A DNA stretch of 64,000 bases, taken from NCBI GenBank assembly GCA_963772865.1, contig CAVYZA010000028.1, forward strand, positions 10,610 through 74,609, read 5' to 3'. Numbering within the stretch: the first letter of the stretch is position 1; each line of letters opens with the position of its first letter. Origin of the DNA: an uncultured beta proteobacterium. GTDB taxonomy: Bacteria > Pseudomonadota > Gammaproteobacteria > Burkholderiales > SHXO01. Below the pieces are notes generated by a model. That model did not search any database, was not told the DNA's origin, and worked only from the letters and a program-made list of their open reading frames with translations. Shown piece after piece: positions 20,135 to 30,544 of this stretch. A program made the translations under genes and the position numbers.

Positions 20135-22986
20135 TCAGAACGCGGGCGGTTGCATCGGCGCCAGTTCGGGACGCACTTCCTCGGCGTGGCCGTCGAGCGA
20201 AGCGCGCTGCACGAGATACGGCAGCACCAGCGGCGGCGTACCCGGCGCGGCGTTGGGGTCGGGCAGCGCGGTGTAGACCTCGTGCACCGCGGTCAGATCC
20301 GGCGCGCGCTCGAAGCGCACGAGCGCGAAGTTCGAGCGGAACAGAATCTGGCGCGAGTGGCGCAGCTTGTCGAACTGGTCCATGTGACGCGCAGCGATCG
20401 TCGCATACGCCATCAGCTCCTTGCCCGGTTCGGCGTGATTCGCGAGGATCGACTGCACGCGCGTTTCGGGCGGGTCGAGCTGCCGCAGCTGCCCCGGCGG
20501 CGGACGCTCCGATTCCTTGCGCACGTCGAGCGTCGGTTTCAATCGCCACGACCAGTCCGGCAGCTTGGCCGGATCCACTGTCGTGCCCTCGGGCCAGCCG
20601 AACGTCGGCATCAGCATCGGCGATTGCCTGAGCTTGCGGCGCAGAACCGGCGGCGTGTCGGCCAGACTGTGACCGCCTTTGAAGACGAAGGCCTTGCCGT
20701 CGGCGCTGTTCCAGCCCATGCGCTCCGCGCCGATGTTCGAGCGGACCAGGCGCTGCGCGAACGACAGCACGCGATCGACCGCGCCGATGAACCACGGCAT
20801 CACGTTCTTGAAGCCGCTCCCGGTGAACTGCACGATGCGCGCAGGCACGGGATTGCCTTTGGTCCAGTAGCTGAGCTCGTTGGCGGACGAATAGTGCACG
20901 TCGCCCGACAGCAGCACCACGCGCTTGTGCGCGGACAGGCGCTTCAGCAACGCTTCGAGCGCGAGCGGGTCGAACGCCCAGGCTTCGATCGCGTCTGGAT
21001 CGGTGCCGATCATGCGGCGCGTGCCCGGGCCCTTCGCGCTCGACGTCCTTGTCTTCCTTGCTCGGTGTCGGATTGAGCTTGCTGTATTTCGCGCCGTCGA
21101 AGACGCGAAAGGCGGTCGGCGCAATCAGCTCGTCGAGCAGACCGGCGCCCAGCACCTGCAGCGGCGCGACGACGACGAGCACGTCGAGACCGGCCGGCAA
21201 CGTCTCGGGAATCTGGTCTTTTTGCGCGGAAATGGCGACGTTGCCGGGCGGTCCTTCGCGCGACACGAAGCTGCGGCGCGTGCGATTGTCGAGCGCGACC
21301 ATCAGATACTTCGGCCCCTTGTACGACCAGTGCCACTTGATCGGCGGCGTCACGGGGTCGTAGCCGCCGGTCAGCTGCGCCTTCGGCAGCTGGTCGAGAC
21401 CGTAGAACTTGTCGAGCGCGTCCATCACGCTTTTCGCCGGCACCTCGACGGTTGCAGGCTTGGCCGTGGCATTCGCTCGTGCCGGAAACATCTTGGCAAC
21501 CGTGTCGAGCATGCGCTTGGGATCGCCGGCCGCGGCGGTGTCCTCGTTGAGATAGCGCACCGGGTCGTTGCCCCAGTCCTGAAACACGGTGTACGACGCC
21601 AGCGCGTTGCGCAGGATCGCGCGGCCGAACGTCGTGTTGTTCACGCGCTCGACCCAGATCGGATTCAGATTCCAGTCGTCGGTCGCGTCGTGATCGTCCA
21701 TGATCATGTACGTCGGCACGTTGGCGAGCGTGCGGCGCACTTTCGGCAGCGCCTCGTAGAACTTGGTCATCTGCTCGACTCTTGATCGCTTGACGTTCTT
21801 CGAGTTTGTTCTGCCGCTGCAGCAGCACGCAGGCTTCGCAGCGCGGCGTCTTCCTTGCCAGCGCATTCCTTGTACTTGGTGCCGTCCTTTTCGCCGACGT
21901 CGTCCGCGGTCAGCGCATCCCAGTTCAGCGGGAGCTCGTATTCCGGCGCGGGCGTGACTTTGCCGGGCGGACCGGCCGGCGCGTATACGTCCTTCGCCTT
22001 CGGCCATTCCGCCGGCAGCCGCCAGCACGCGTTGCTCCACACCGTCAGATACAGCGCCGCGAATTCGCCGAACGAGTACAGATGGCTTTCGCCGTCCGTG
22101 GTCGTCATCTGCGCGACGCGCATGATCTGCGACTTGCGGCGGCCCGCCGGAAACGGAGCGAGGCCGCAGGGTATGTGTGTCGGGCCACCCGGCGCCCAGC
22201 CGTCCGGATGATTGATCGGATCTTCCTGGTGTTGCGGCGACGAGATTCTTGCGGTCGACCGGCATCGTTTCAAGCGGTATGAGCTCGTCTGGATGCGGCG
22301 ATTGCGGATCCTTGTACATGCCGATCAGCTCATTCGCCAGCGGATTGAGCATCAGCATATGTCCGGCCCACACATCGTCCGCATAGATCTGGTCGCCGCC
22401 GAGCACCAGCTGGTGCGGCCGCTTCAACGCATCTTCGTACAACGGCTTTTGCAGGTCGGCGGTGATGAGATCGTCGATCATCGCCATCGCGTCGGGATGC
22501 TCGTTCGCCGGACGGCGGCAGGAGCCGTAGACGATGCGCAGATCCTCGAGCTTCGTCCGGCGGCAGCGCAAAGCTGGGCAGGAAATCCTCCTTGTAGCCG
22601 AGCGCAAGATGCGGGCGCTCGCTGCCTGCCGGCCCGCCGTTCGCGGTCGGGATATTCTTCAGCAGCCCGAGCGAGGCGAGCGTATGCGTGTTCGCGCCCG
22701 CAACGATCGTCAGGTCGTAGCTGTAGATGACGCCGGGCTTGAACACCTTCTGCGAACCGGCGGGAATGCGCGCCAGCGCAACGGTGACGTGCAGGTTGTC
22801 GGCGATGCGCAGGGTGGGCGTGGGGGGATTGCTGCGGAAGAATTCACCGGCAGCGCCAGGCTTGATCCGCCCTTCCCACAACGTGATCGTCACGTTCGCC
22901 GAACGGCTGAGCGCGATCCAGACCGACACCAGATTCGATTCAACCCGACGCAGGATGGGACCTGCGAGGACGAGCGGCAGCGCCAA
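20135..22986 (-). CDS. Operon gene 1: large PhoD-like metallophosphoesterase (~950 aa); TTG start; at least 5 apparent frameshifts
   Basis: Assembled from track ORFs 22330..22986, 19941..22607, 21767..22273 and 20135..21124. The metallophosphatase motifs are IVYGSCRRPANEHPDAM, LVLGGDQIYADDV, TYMIMDDHDATDDWN and VVLLSGDVHYSSA. The N-terminus MALPLVLAGPILRRVESNLVSVWIAL resembles a PhoD N-domain. A GGGAGG Shine-Dalgarno sequence sits 4 nt upstream of the TTG at 22986. Confidence 0.65.
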
Positions 22987-23000
22987 TCGGCCTCCCGTTC

Positions 23001-23030
23001 AACGCCGCGCGAACCGACAAGCGCGGCGTT
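23001..23030 (-). promoter_or_regulatory. Perfect 10-bp-stem hairpin in the 5' leader of the giant operon
   Basis: aacgccgcgc (23001-23010) and gcgcggcgtt (23021-23030) are exact reverse complements separated by a 10-nt loop. On the minus-strand mRNA the hairpin ends 4 nt before the GGGAGG Shine-Dalgarno sequence. Confidence 0.5.
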
Positions 23031-23338
23031 CTAGTAGTCGCGAAGCGACGCAGCCGAATCCTGCGCCACCCGATACCAATCCCCTATGTCGCCAGGTTAG
23101 GACGTCGATGCTCTACCGTCAGCCCAGCGAACGATATATATAGAGTAGCAAGATAGTCGTAGCGGAGTCCAGGAGTCGGGATGGCACGAAGATCCGCAGA
23201 CGCTTCGAAGGATAGGAAATTCAACCGTATCACTTGTCGCGGAAGGGCTCAAGGCGGGTGATCTGCTTTGGAGAGCCAGGCGACGCATCCTCTGCGGTTG
23301 CACTAAGATAGATGTCTTGCTCACTCCAGGACAGTTGA

Positions 23339-24110
23339 ATGAATCAGCTCAAAGACAAGATTGTATGGGTGACCGGCGCCGGCTCCGGGATCGGCCGAGC
23401 GGCGGCGAGTTGCGCTCGCGCGCGAAGGAGCGAAGGTGGTACTGAGCGGGCGACGCGAGGCGCCCCTGCGGGAGACCGCCGCATCCATCGAAGCGCACGG
23501 GGCGACGGCAGTGGCAATGCCGGGCGACCTCACCGATGCGGCCGCGGCCGCACAAGTCGCCGAGGAGATCCGCAGCCGGTTCGGACGCCTGGACATTCTG
23601 GTCAACAATGCCGGCGTCAATATCCTGCGGCGCAGGTGGGCGGAGCTCGATGCCTCCGGTGCCGACCAGGTCCTGAACGGCAATCTGTCCAGCGCCTTCT
23701 ATTGCGTGCTGGCGGCGCTGCCGATCATGCGCGCCCAGAAGGACGGCGTGCTGATCCATACCGCGTCGATAGCAGGCCGCTCGATCGGCCCGCTGTCCGG
23801 CGCGGCGTATACCACCGCCAAACACGGCGTGGTGGCGATGAGCCACAGCATCAACTGCGAGGAGTTCGTCAACGGCATCCGCTCGACTGTGGTCTGCCCC
23901 GGCGAGGTCGCCACTCCGATACTCGATCAGCGCCCCGTCCCGGTGAGCGCGCAAGACCGCGCGCGCATGCTGCAATCCGAGGATGTCGCGGACTTGATCT
24001 TATATGTAGCGACCTTGCCCGCCCATGTGTGTCTCAACGAAGTCTGGATCACCCCGACGTGGAACCGCGGGTATGCGGCTGCGCTCAACCAGGCCCACGT
24101 CAGACCGTAG
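23339..24110 (+). CDS. Short-chain dehydrogenase/reductase (SDR); 1 frameshift near 23415
   Basis: Track ORF 23339..24676 contributes its N-terminal 25 aa (KIVWVTGAGSGIGRAAA), and ORF 23436..24110 supplies the rest. After frame correction the sequence reads ALAREGAKVVLSGRRE. Other motifs are NNAGV and the catalytic YTTAKHG (YxxxK). Confidence 0.85.
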
Positions 24111-24211
24111 AACAGGCGTCACCTCTGCGTTCGAGCGCTGATCGATCGGCGCACGCGATTACGGTGAGCGCGTACAGGCCGATGCGGTGGATCGCGGCGC
24201 AGTTGCGTGGG

Positions 24212-25972
24212 TCAAGCGGACCGAACCGCCTGCACACCCAGCTCCCGCATCATCGCTTCGCGCATCGCAAACTTCTGCGGCTTGCCCGTGGCCGTGACCG
24301 GGAAGTCCTGCACCAGGCGAATGTGCCGAGGCACCTTGTAGTGCGCGATCCGGCCCTGGCAGTAGGCGCGGATCTCCTCGGCGCTTATCGATGCACCGGG
24401 CTTGAGCACGATCCACGCGCAGACCTCCTCGCCGAGCCGCGGGTCGGGGACGCCGAATACCTGGGCCGACTGGATCTTGGGGTGGCGCAGCAGGAACTCC
24501 TCGATCTCGCGCGGGTAGACGTTCTCGCCGCCGCGGATCAGCATGTCTTTCAAGCGCCCGACGATGTTGCAGTAGCCGGCGGCGTCGAGGGTCGCCAGAT
24601 CGCCGCTGTGCATCCAGCCCGCCGGGTCGATGAACCTCGCGCGTGCGCTCGGGCTCGTCCCAGTAGCCGTGCATGACGAGGTAGCCGCGCGTGCACAGCT
24701 CGCCTTGCGTGCCGACGGGAACGATGCGGCCCTGGTCGTCCACGATCTTCACCTCGACGTGCGGCTGGACGCGGCCCACGGTGGTCACCCGGCGCTCCAG
24801 CGGATCGTCCACGCTCGACTGGAACGACACCGGGCTCGTCTCGGTCATGCCATAAGCGATGGTGACCTCGGCCATATGCAGCTCGGCGACCACGCGCCGC
24901 ATCGTCTCGATCGGGACACGGCGCGCCCGCCATGATGCCCGTGCGCAGCGTCGAGACGTCGAACGCGCGCAGGCGCGGGTGCTCGAGCAGGGCGATGAAC
25001 ATCGACGGCACGCCGTGCAGGGCCGTGCAGCCATGCGCCGAGACCGCGTGCAGAGTCTGCTCGGCGTCGAAGCTCGGGGCCGGGAATACCATGGTCGCGC
25101 CGGCGGCCACGCAGGCGAGCACGCCCAGCACCATCCCGAAGCAGTGGTACAGCGGCACCGGGATGCAGAGCCTGTCGCGCTCGCTCAGCCGCATCGCGCT
25201 GCGCCGCGTAGCGCGCGTTGTTGACGACGTTGAAGTGGCTCAGCGTGGCGCCCTTGGGCGCCCCGGTCGTGCCGCTGGTGAACTGGATGTTGATGGCGTC
25301 GTCGGGATCGAGTGCCGCCGACAACGAAGCGAGCCGCGACTTCTGCGCCGGTCCGGCCAGACGAAGGAACGCCTTGAAGCTCGTGACGCCGGCCGGCACG
25401 GCGCCATCGCCGATCAGCACGACGTGGCGCAAGCGCGGCAGGCGCTCGCACCGCAGCCTGCCGTCGGCAGGGGCCCGGTCGATCTCCGGCGCGAGCCCGC
25501 GCAGGATCGCGACGTAGTCGCTGGACTTGAGCGCCCGCGCCATCACCAGCACGCGGCACTGCACCTTGTTCAGCGCGTACTCCAGCTCGGATTCGCGGTA
25601 GGCCGGGTTGATGTTGACCAGGATCGCGCCGATGCGTGCCGTGCCGAACTGCAGCCCCAGCCACTCTTCGCAGTTCGGCGCCCAGATGCCCACGCGGTCG
25701 CCGCGCTTGATGCCCAGCGCCAGCAGCCCCGCCGCAACCTCGTCGGCCTTGCGCTGCAGGTCGTACCAGGACCAGCGCGTGCCGGTCGCAGCGAAGATCG
25801 CCGCGTCACGCGCCCCGTGCGCCGCGACCGCCTCGTCCAGCAGCGCGGAGATGGTGATGAAGCGCAGCGGGTCGTCCCTCGGCCCCGCGACGTACGACAG
25901 CCCGCGCTGCGGGCGCAGCCGCTCGTCGCTGTCGGCGCTCAGCCAGTCGGAGCTGAAGGGATTGCGGGTCAT
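24212..25972 (-). CDS. AMP-binding acyl-CoA synthetase (medium/long-chain type); 3 apparent frameshifts
   Basis: Assembled from track ORFs 24845..26176 (from M69: [11 protein letters not shown]...[25 protein letters not shown]), 24550..25194 ([30 protein letters not shown]), 24159..25034 ([14 protein letters not shown]...[19 protein letters not shown]) and 24212..24613 ([41 protein letters not shown]...HYKVPRHI). Confidence 0.85.
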
Positions 25973-25997
25973 GACGCTCAGCGAAAACCTGCATCTA

Positions 25998-26171
25998 CCG
26001 CAGAGGACGCGGAGGAATGCAGAGGAAAGCCAAGGGGGCTTTGCAATCACGGGCCGGGTGCGGTCATCGGCGCATCGCCGTTGCTCCACCCGCGCTAGGG
26101 GCGAGTGTCGCGCCGCGGACAAGCCTGTCGGCCCTTGGTCTTCCTCTGCGATTCCTCTGCGTCCTCTGCGG
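25998..26171. repeat. MITE-like inverted-repeat element (CCTCTGCG family), copy 1
   Basis: Arm 25998-26036 (ccgcagaggacgcggaggaatgcagaggaaagccaaggg) is the near-exact reverse complement of arm 26132-26171 (cccttggtcttcctctgcgattcctctgcgtcctctgcgg). About 36 of 40 positions match, and the arms are ~95 bp apart. Confidence 0.75.
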
Positions 26172-26197
26172 TTCATGCGTTGCGTTTCTGTATCGCC

Positions 26198-27716
26198 TTA
26201 CATATTCCGCCAATCGCCCAGCTGCTCGAACGCATGAGCAGCGCGATAGATCGTCGACTCGTTGTAGTGCCGCGCGACCAGCATCATGCCGATCGGCAGG
26301 CCCTGGCTCATGCCGCAGGGCACGCTCATCGCCGGGTGGCCCGACACGTCGAACGGGCAGGTGTTGCCGAGCATCTCGAAGGCGCGCTGGCACCACAGCG
26401 CGAGCGGCGCATTCTGCGGCGGAATCGGCGTGGCTTTCATCGGCAGCGTCGGCATGAGCAGCAGGTCGTAGCGCGACAGCGCGTCGTCGTAGCCCTGGCG
26501 CAGGACGCGCGCCAGGTTCTGCGCCTTGGCGTAGAAGTGGCCGCGGTAGTGCTTGATGAAGTAGGTTCCGACCAGCATGGAGATCTTGAGCGTGCGCGAC
26601 AGCTCGTTGGCGCGCGAGCGCCAGTTGGAATGCGCGTCGAGCAGGCTGGTGGTGTACAAACCCTCCCAGTTGAAGCCCATGCCGTTGCCGTACATCATCT
26701 GCGCCTGCAGGCCTTCGAGCGCGATCGGCGTCCAGATGGCCGGGCCGTCCAGGTGCATCGGGATGGAGACGTTCTCGACCGTCGCGCCCGAGCGCGCGCA
26801 GGCGATCGGCGGCCTCGCGCACCTTCTGGTCCACGTCCGCCTCGCTCTCGGGGCGGGCGAAGCCCTCGCTGACCACGCCGATGCGCAGGCCCGCGACACC
26901 GCGGCCGAGCGCGGTCGTGTACTTGTCCACGCGCACGTTGTACTGGCGCGGGTCGAGCCCATCCGCGCCCGCGATCACCTCCAGGAACAGCGCGTTGTCG
27001 GCGACCGTCTGCGTCATCGGGCCGGTGTGATCGATGGTGGCCTCGATCGGCATCACCCCGGTGTACGGCACCAGGCCGTGGGTGGGCTTCATGCCGTAGC
27101 AGCCGGACCAGCATGACGGCATGCGGATCGAGCCGCCCTGGTCTCCGCCGATGGCCATGTCCACTTCGCCCGAACCCACCAGCGCCCCCGAGCCGGAGGA
27201 CGATCCGCCCGCGGAGTAGCCGTACTTGTACGGGTTGTGGACCGGCCCCATCGCCGAGGTGTGGCTGCCGCCGGACAGGCAGAAATACTCGCAGTGGGCC
27301 TTGCCCACGATGGTGCCGCCGGCATCGAGAATGCGCGTCACGACCGTGGCGTCGACGTCGGGGACGTAGCCCTCGAGCGTCGAGGCGCCGTTCATCATCG
27401 GCACGCCGGCCAGGCACACGTTGTCTTTGAGGACGACGCGCTTGCCGCTCAACGGGCCGTAGGGCGCACCGCGCACCTCGCTCTTCACCGCCCAGGCGTT
27501 GAGCGGATTCTCGGAGGCACCCGGACGATAGCCGGGCGTGCGCGGATAGCGCACCGGCGGCAGATTGTCGGGCAGCTGGGTCAGGCGATCGTAGGCCTGC
27601 AGCGTCCCTTCCATGACCTCCATGTACTCGTAGATCTCGCGCTCCGACATGCTCATGTGCAGGGAGGCGACGATGTCCTTCATCTGATCGAGTGTCGGGC
27701 GCTTGACGGTTGCCAT
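26198..27716 (-). CDS. Amidase (amidase-signature family); 1 frameshift at the CCC run 26787-26789
   Basis: Track ORF 26064..27848 from M45 (MATVKRPTL...) joined to ORF 26198..26962. The amidase signature reads [32 protein letters not shown]. The junction RLRALG / [14 protein letters not shown] is restored by removing one G/C. Confidence 0.85.
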
Positions 27717-28612
27717 GGTGGTATCCGTGGAAGGTGGGTGCGCTTGGTGACGGCGAAGCTGCCGCCGGTTGCGAGGCGCGGTATTCGCTCGGCGCAGACC
27801 CCGCGCCAGGAGCGGCGCGCGCAACGGCGGGCGCCGCGTTGGGCGCAAGCTCGATTCGTGCGGGAGCGTGCGGTCGGGCTGCTCGCGGCGCCGCGCGTTG
27901 TGCGCGCCGCGCCCAGCCCCAGCACGTGCGCGAGCTGCCCGCCGCCCAGCTCCTGGGTCTGCAGCGTCTGCGCGATGCGCCCCTTCTCGAGCACGGCGAT
28001 GCGGGTGGTCACGTCGAGCACGAGGTCGAGGTTCTGCTCTACGACGATCATCGTCAGGCCGGCGTCCGCGCGCAGGTGCGCGAGGATCTGCCCGATCTCC
28101 TGCACGATGGAGGGCTGGATGCCCTCCGAGGGCTCGTCGAGCAGCAGCATCCAGGGGCTCGGCATGAGCGCGCGAGCCAGCGCCAGGAACTGCTGCTCGC
28201 CGCCCGACAGCGCGCCGCCGCGACGATCGAGCAGATGGGTCAGGCGAGGAAACAGCGCGAGCACGCGGTCGAGCGCCTCCTGCTCGGTCTCCTCGGTGTC
28301 GTGGTTCCAGGCGAGCCGGAGGTTGTCCAGCGCGCTGAGCGCGGGCAGGATGCCGCGCCCCTGCGGCACATAGGCGATCCCCAGGCGGTTGCGCGCATGC
28401 GCCGGCTCGCGCGTGATGTCCACGCCGTCCACCGAGACGCGCCCGGAGCTCACCGGCAGCAGGCCCATGAGCGCCTTGAGCAGCGTGGTCTTGCCCATGC
28501 CGTTGTGGCCGACGATGCCCAGCGCCTCGCCGGCCTCGAGCGCGAGCGACACACCGTGCAGCACCGGCACGGTGCCATAGCCGGCGCGCAGGTCGCTCAC
28601 CTCGAAGACCAC
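27680..28612 (-). CDS. ABC transporter ATP-binding protein, LivF/UrtE-like, with an anomalous Arg/Ala-rich C-terminal tail
   Basis: Track ORF 27680..28612. It has Walker A (GHNGMGKTT), the signature LSGGEQQ and Walker B (LLLDEPSEG). The ATPase domain ends near ~27900. After that no stop triplet exists in any minus-strand frame before the amidase ATG, so the ORF runs to 27680. An alternative upstream start (ATG 28689, ATGA-coupled) would need an indel. Confidence 0.75.
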   Translation of the reverse strand: MVFEVSDLRAGYGTVPVLHGVSLALEAGEALGIVGHNGMGKTTLLKALMGLLPVSSGRVSVDGVDITREPAHARNRLGIAYVPQGRGILPALSALDNLRLAWNHDTEETEQEALDRVLALFPRLTHLLDRRGGALSGGEQQFLALARALMPSPWMLLLDEPSEGIQPSIVQEIGQILAHLRADAGLTMIVVEQNLDLVLDVTTRIAVLEKGRIAQTLQTQELGGGQLAHVLGLGAARTTRGAASSPTARSRTNRACAQRGARRCARRSWRGVCAERIPRLATGGSFAVTKRTHLPRIPPWQPSSARHSIR

Positions 28613-28688
28613 GCCCGGCGCGGCGATCCTCCGCGCGGGTGCTTCGCGATGCCGGGCTGCTCGGGCAGATGCGGCAGCACGGCGCTCA

Positions 28689-29412
28689 TCACGCGCGGTT
28701 CCCGATGTAGACCTCGCGCACGCGCGCGTCGGTCAGCACCTGCTCGGCCGGTCCCTCGGTCAGCACCGCGCCCTGATAGAACACGGTGATGCTCGCGCCG
28801 AGCATGCGCACGAACTCCATGTCGTGGTCCACCACGATGACGGAGGCGTTCTGGTTGATCTGCCGGATCAGACGTCACCAGCTTCTCGACTTCCGCGCCG
28901 GTGATGCCCGCCGCAGGCTCGTCCAGCAGGATCAGCCAAGGATCCTGCGCGAGCACGATGCCGATCTCGACCATCTGCCGCTGGCCGTGGGCGAGCTCGC
29001 CCACGGTGCGGCGGGCGATATCGGCGAGGCCCACCTCGTCGATCACGCGCTGCACCTCCGCCGTGGCTCGGGTCCAGCCGTGCGCGCGGCGCGCGGCGAG
29101 CCACAGGTTCTCCATCACGGTGAGGCCGTTCATCACCGAGGGCACCTGCGTCTTGATGCCCACGCCCATGCGCACGATCTCGTGCGGACGCATCCCCACT
29201 ACGTCGGCGCCGCGGATGAACACGCGCCCGTTGGCGCTGTTGAGCCGATACTGCCCGGTCAGGCACTTGAAGAAGGTGCTCTTGCCGGCGCCGTTGGGAC
29301 CGATCAGGCAGCGCAGCTCGCGCTCCTTGAGCGCGAAGTTGACCCGATCCACGGCCGTCACGCCGCCGAAGCGCATGGTCAGATCGATCGTCTCGACGAC
29401 CGCGTCGCTCAT
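28689..29412 (-). CDS. ABC transporter ATP-binding protein, LivG/UrtD-like; 1 frameshift near 28870
   Basis: Track ORF 28597..29457 from M16 (MSDAVVETIDLTMRFGGVTAV). It has Walker A (GPNGAGKST) and LLDEPAAG. The C-terminus recovered in another frame ends ...VYIGNRA-TGA at 28689-28691. Confidence 0.8.
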
Positions 29413-30544
29413 GTGCGCCCCGTTTGCGGTGTCGGCGGCGTCTGCGCGCGGCGGCACGGCCGCAGCCTCGGCCGGCGGCGGCGACGTTCGGCGCGGCCGA
29501 ATCCGCGCTGCGGACGGCGCTTGCTCGCGGCCTCACGCGCCGGTGCCCGGCACGCTGCGCGCGGAAGCGCGTCCGCCCACGCCACCAGCCCTGCAGCGCC
29601 GGCACCACTCCGCGCGGGATCGCCAGCACGACGATCACCAGTATCAGGCCCAGCAGCAGCGAGTTGTCGATGATCGTCTGCTCGCCGAGCAGCAGCTTGA
29701 CCATGCCCAGCGCCATGGCGCCGAGAATCGGGCCGATCAGCGTGCCGGCCCCGCCGACGATCGTCCAGATGATCACCTCCGCCGCCGAGCGCAGGCTGAA
29801 CACGCCGGGCGTGACGATCTCGGTCCAGTTGGCGAACAGGCAGCCCGCCAGCCCGGCCATCCCGGCGCTGATGGTGAAGATGGCGGTCTTGTAGGCGGGC
29901 ACGTTGTAGCCCAGCAGCTCGCAGCGCGCCTCGTTCTCGCGGATGCCCACCAGCACCCGTCCGAAGGAGCGCGCCAGGATCCACCGGCTGATGAGATAGC
30001 AGCCCAGCAGCGAGACGACGGCGACGTAGTACATCGGCACGCCGAACAGCGAGATGTCGGGCATGCCCGGCACGTTCAGGACCGGGAATCCGGGAATGCC
30101 GTTGAATCCGCCCAGCCGGGCCGCGCCGATGGCGTACTGGTCGCCGGCGGTCGCGCTCATGAACTTGAACAGGATCAGCGTCACCACCAGCGTGATCACG
30201 CCCATGTACACGTCGCTGATGCGGCCGTAGAACATCATCGCGCCGATCACCGCGGCCACCACCGCGGGGACGACGATGGCCAGCAGCAGCGGCGCCGTGC
30301 TCTCGCCGATGTTGATCACCGCGATCGCATAGGTGTAGGCGCCCAGCCCGAAGTAGGCGCTGTGACCGAAGCTGAGCAGGCCGGCGTAACCCCACATCAA
30401 GCCAAGCGACAGCGCGAACAGCGCCCAGATCAGCAGCACGGTGGGCGTGTGCGTGTCGACGAACACCGGCCAGAGCAGGAGGACGGCGGCGCAGGCCAGG
30501 AACCAGCCCCAGCGCATCTGGCCGATGGAGGGCCAGGCTTTCAC
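29409..30544 (-). CDS. Branched-chain/amide ABC permease, LivM/UrtC-like; C-terminal frameshift
   Basis: The GTG at 30544 overlaps the LivH-like stop (GTGA). Track ORF 28868..30955 supplies VKAWPSIGQMRWGWFLACAAVLLLWPVF...LSLGLMWGYAGLLSFGHSAYFGLGAY...GIRENEARCELLGYNV...IVGGAGTLIGPILGA. The only stop that gives an ATGA junction with the next gene is at 29409, in the frame of ORF 29409..30623. Confidence 0.75.

Noticed and set aside
19941-22607. An 888-aa ORF as a single gene product
   Set aside because: It is a mosaic. Two segments are genuine PhoD-like sequence (KLEDLRIVYGSC...; VEQMTKFYEALPKV...MIMDDHDATDDW...). These are joined by out-of-frame Arg-rich stretches, and the ORF continues out of frame into the next gene. 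The real protein is recovered only by combining four track ORFs.
7249-22986. The giant operon as a known system: BREX/PglZ-type defence (phosphatase-fold protein), a contractile injection system/T6SS, a Tc/RHS toxin complex or an RTX adhesin
   Set aside because: I could not see the required partners: no methyltransferase, ATPase/helicase or Lon-like protease; no sheath, tube, VgrG or baseplate motifs; no YD/RHS repeats; no GGxGxD nonapeptides. The phosphatase motifs are of the PhoD/calcineurin type, not PglZ. This rests on eye inspection only and needs a profile search to be definitive.
23081-23140. A tRNA-like fragment (minus-strand gggctgacggtagagcatcgacgtcctaacc) that might mark an integration site next to the giant operon
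   Set aside because: Only a GGTAGAGCA-like D-arm string matches. No anticodon stem, T-arm (GGTTCGAATCC) or acceptor stem can be folded. A 9-mer match is expected by chance in 64 kb.
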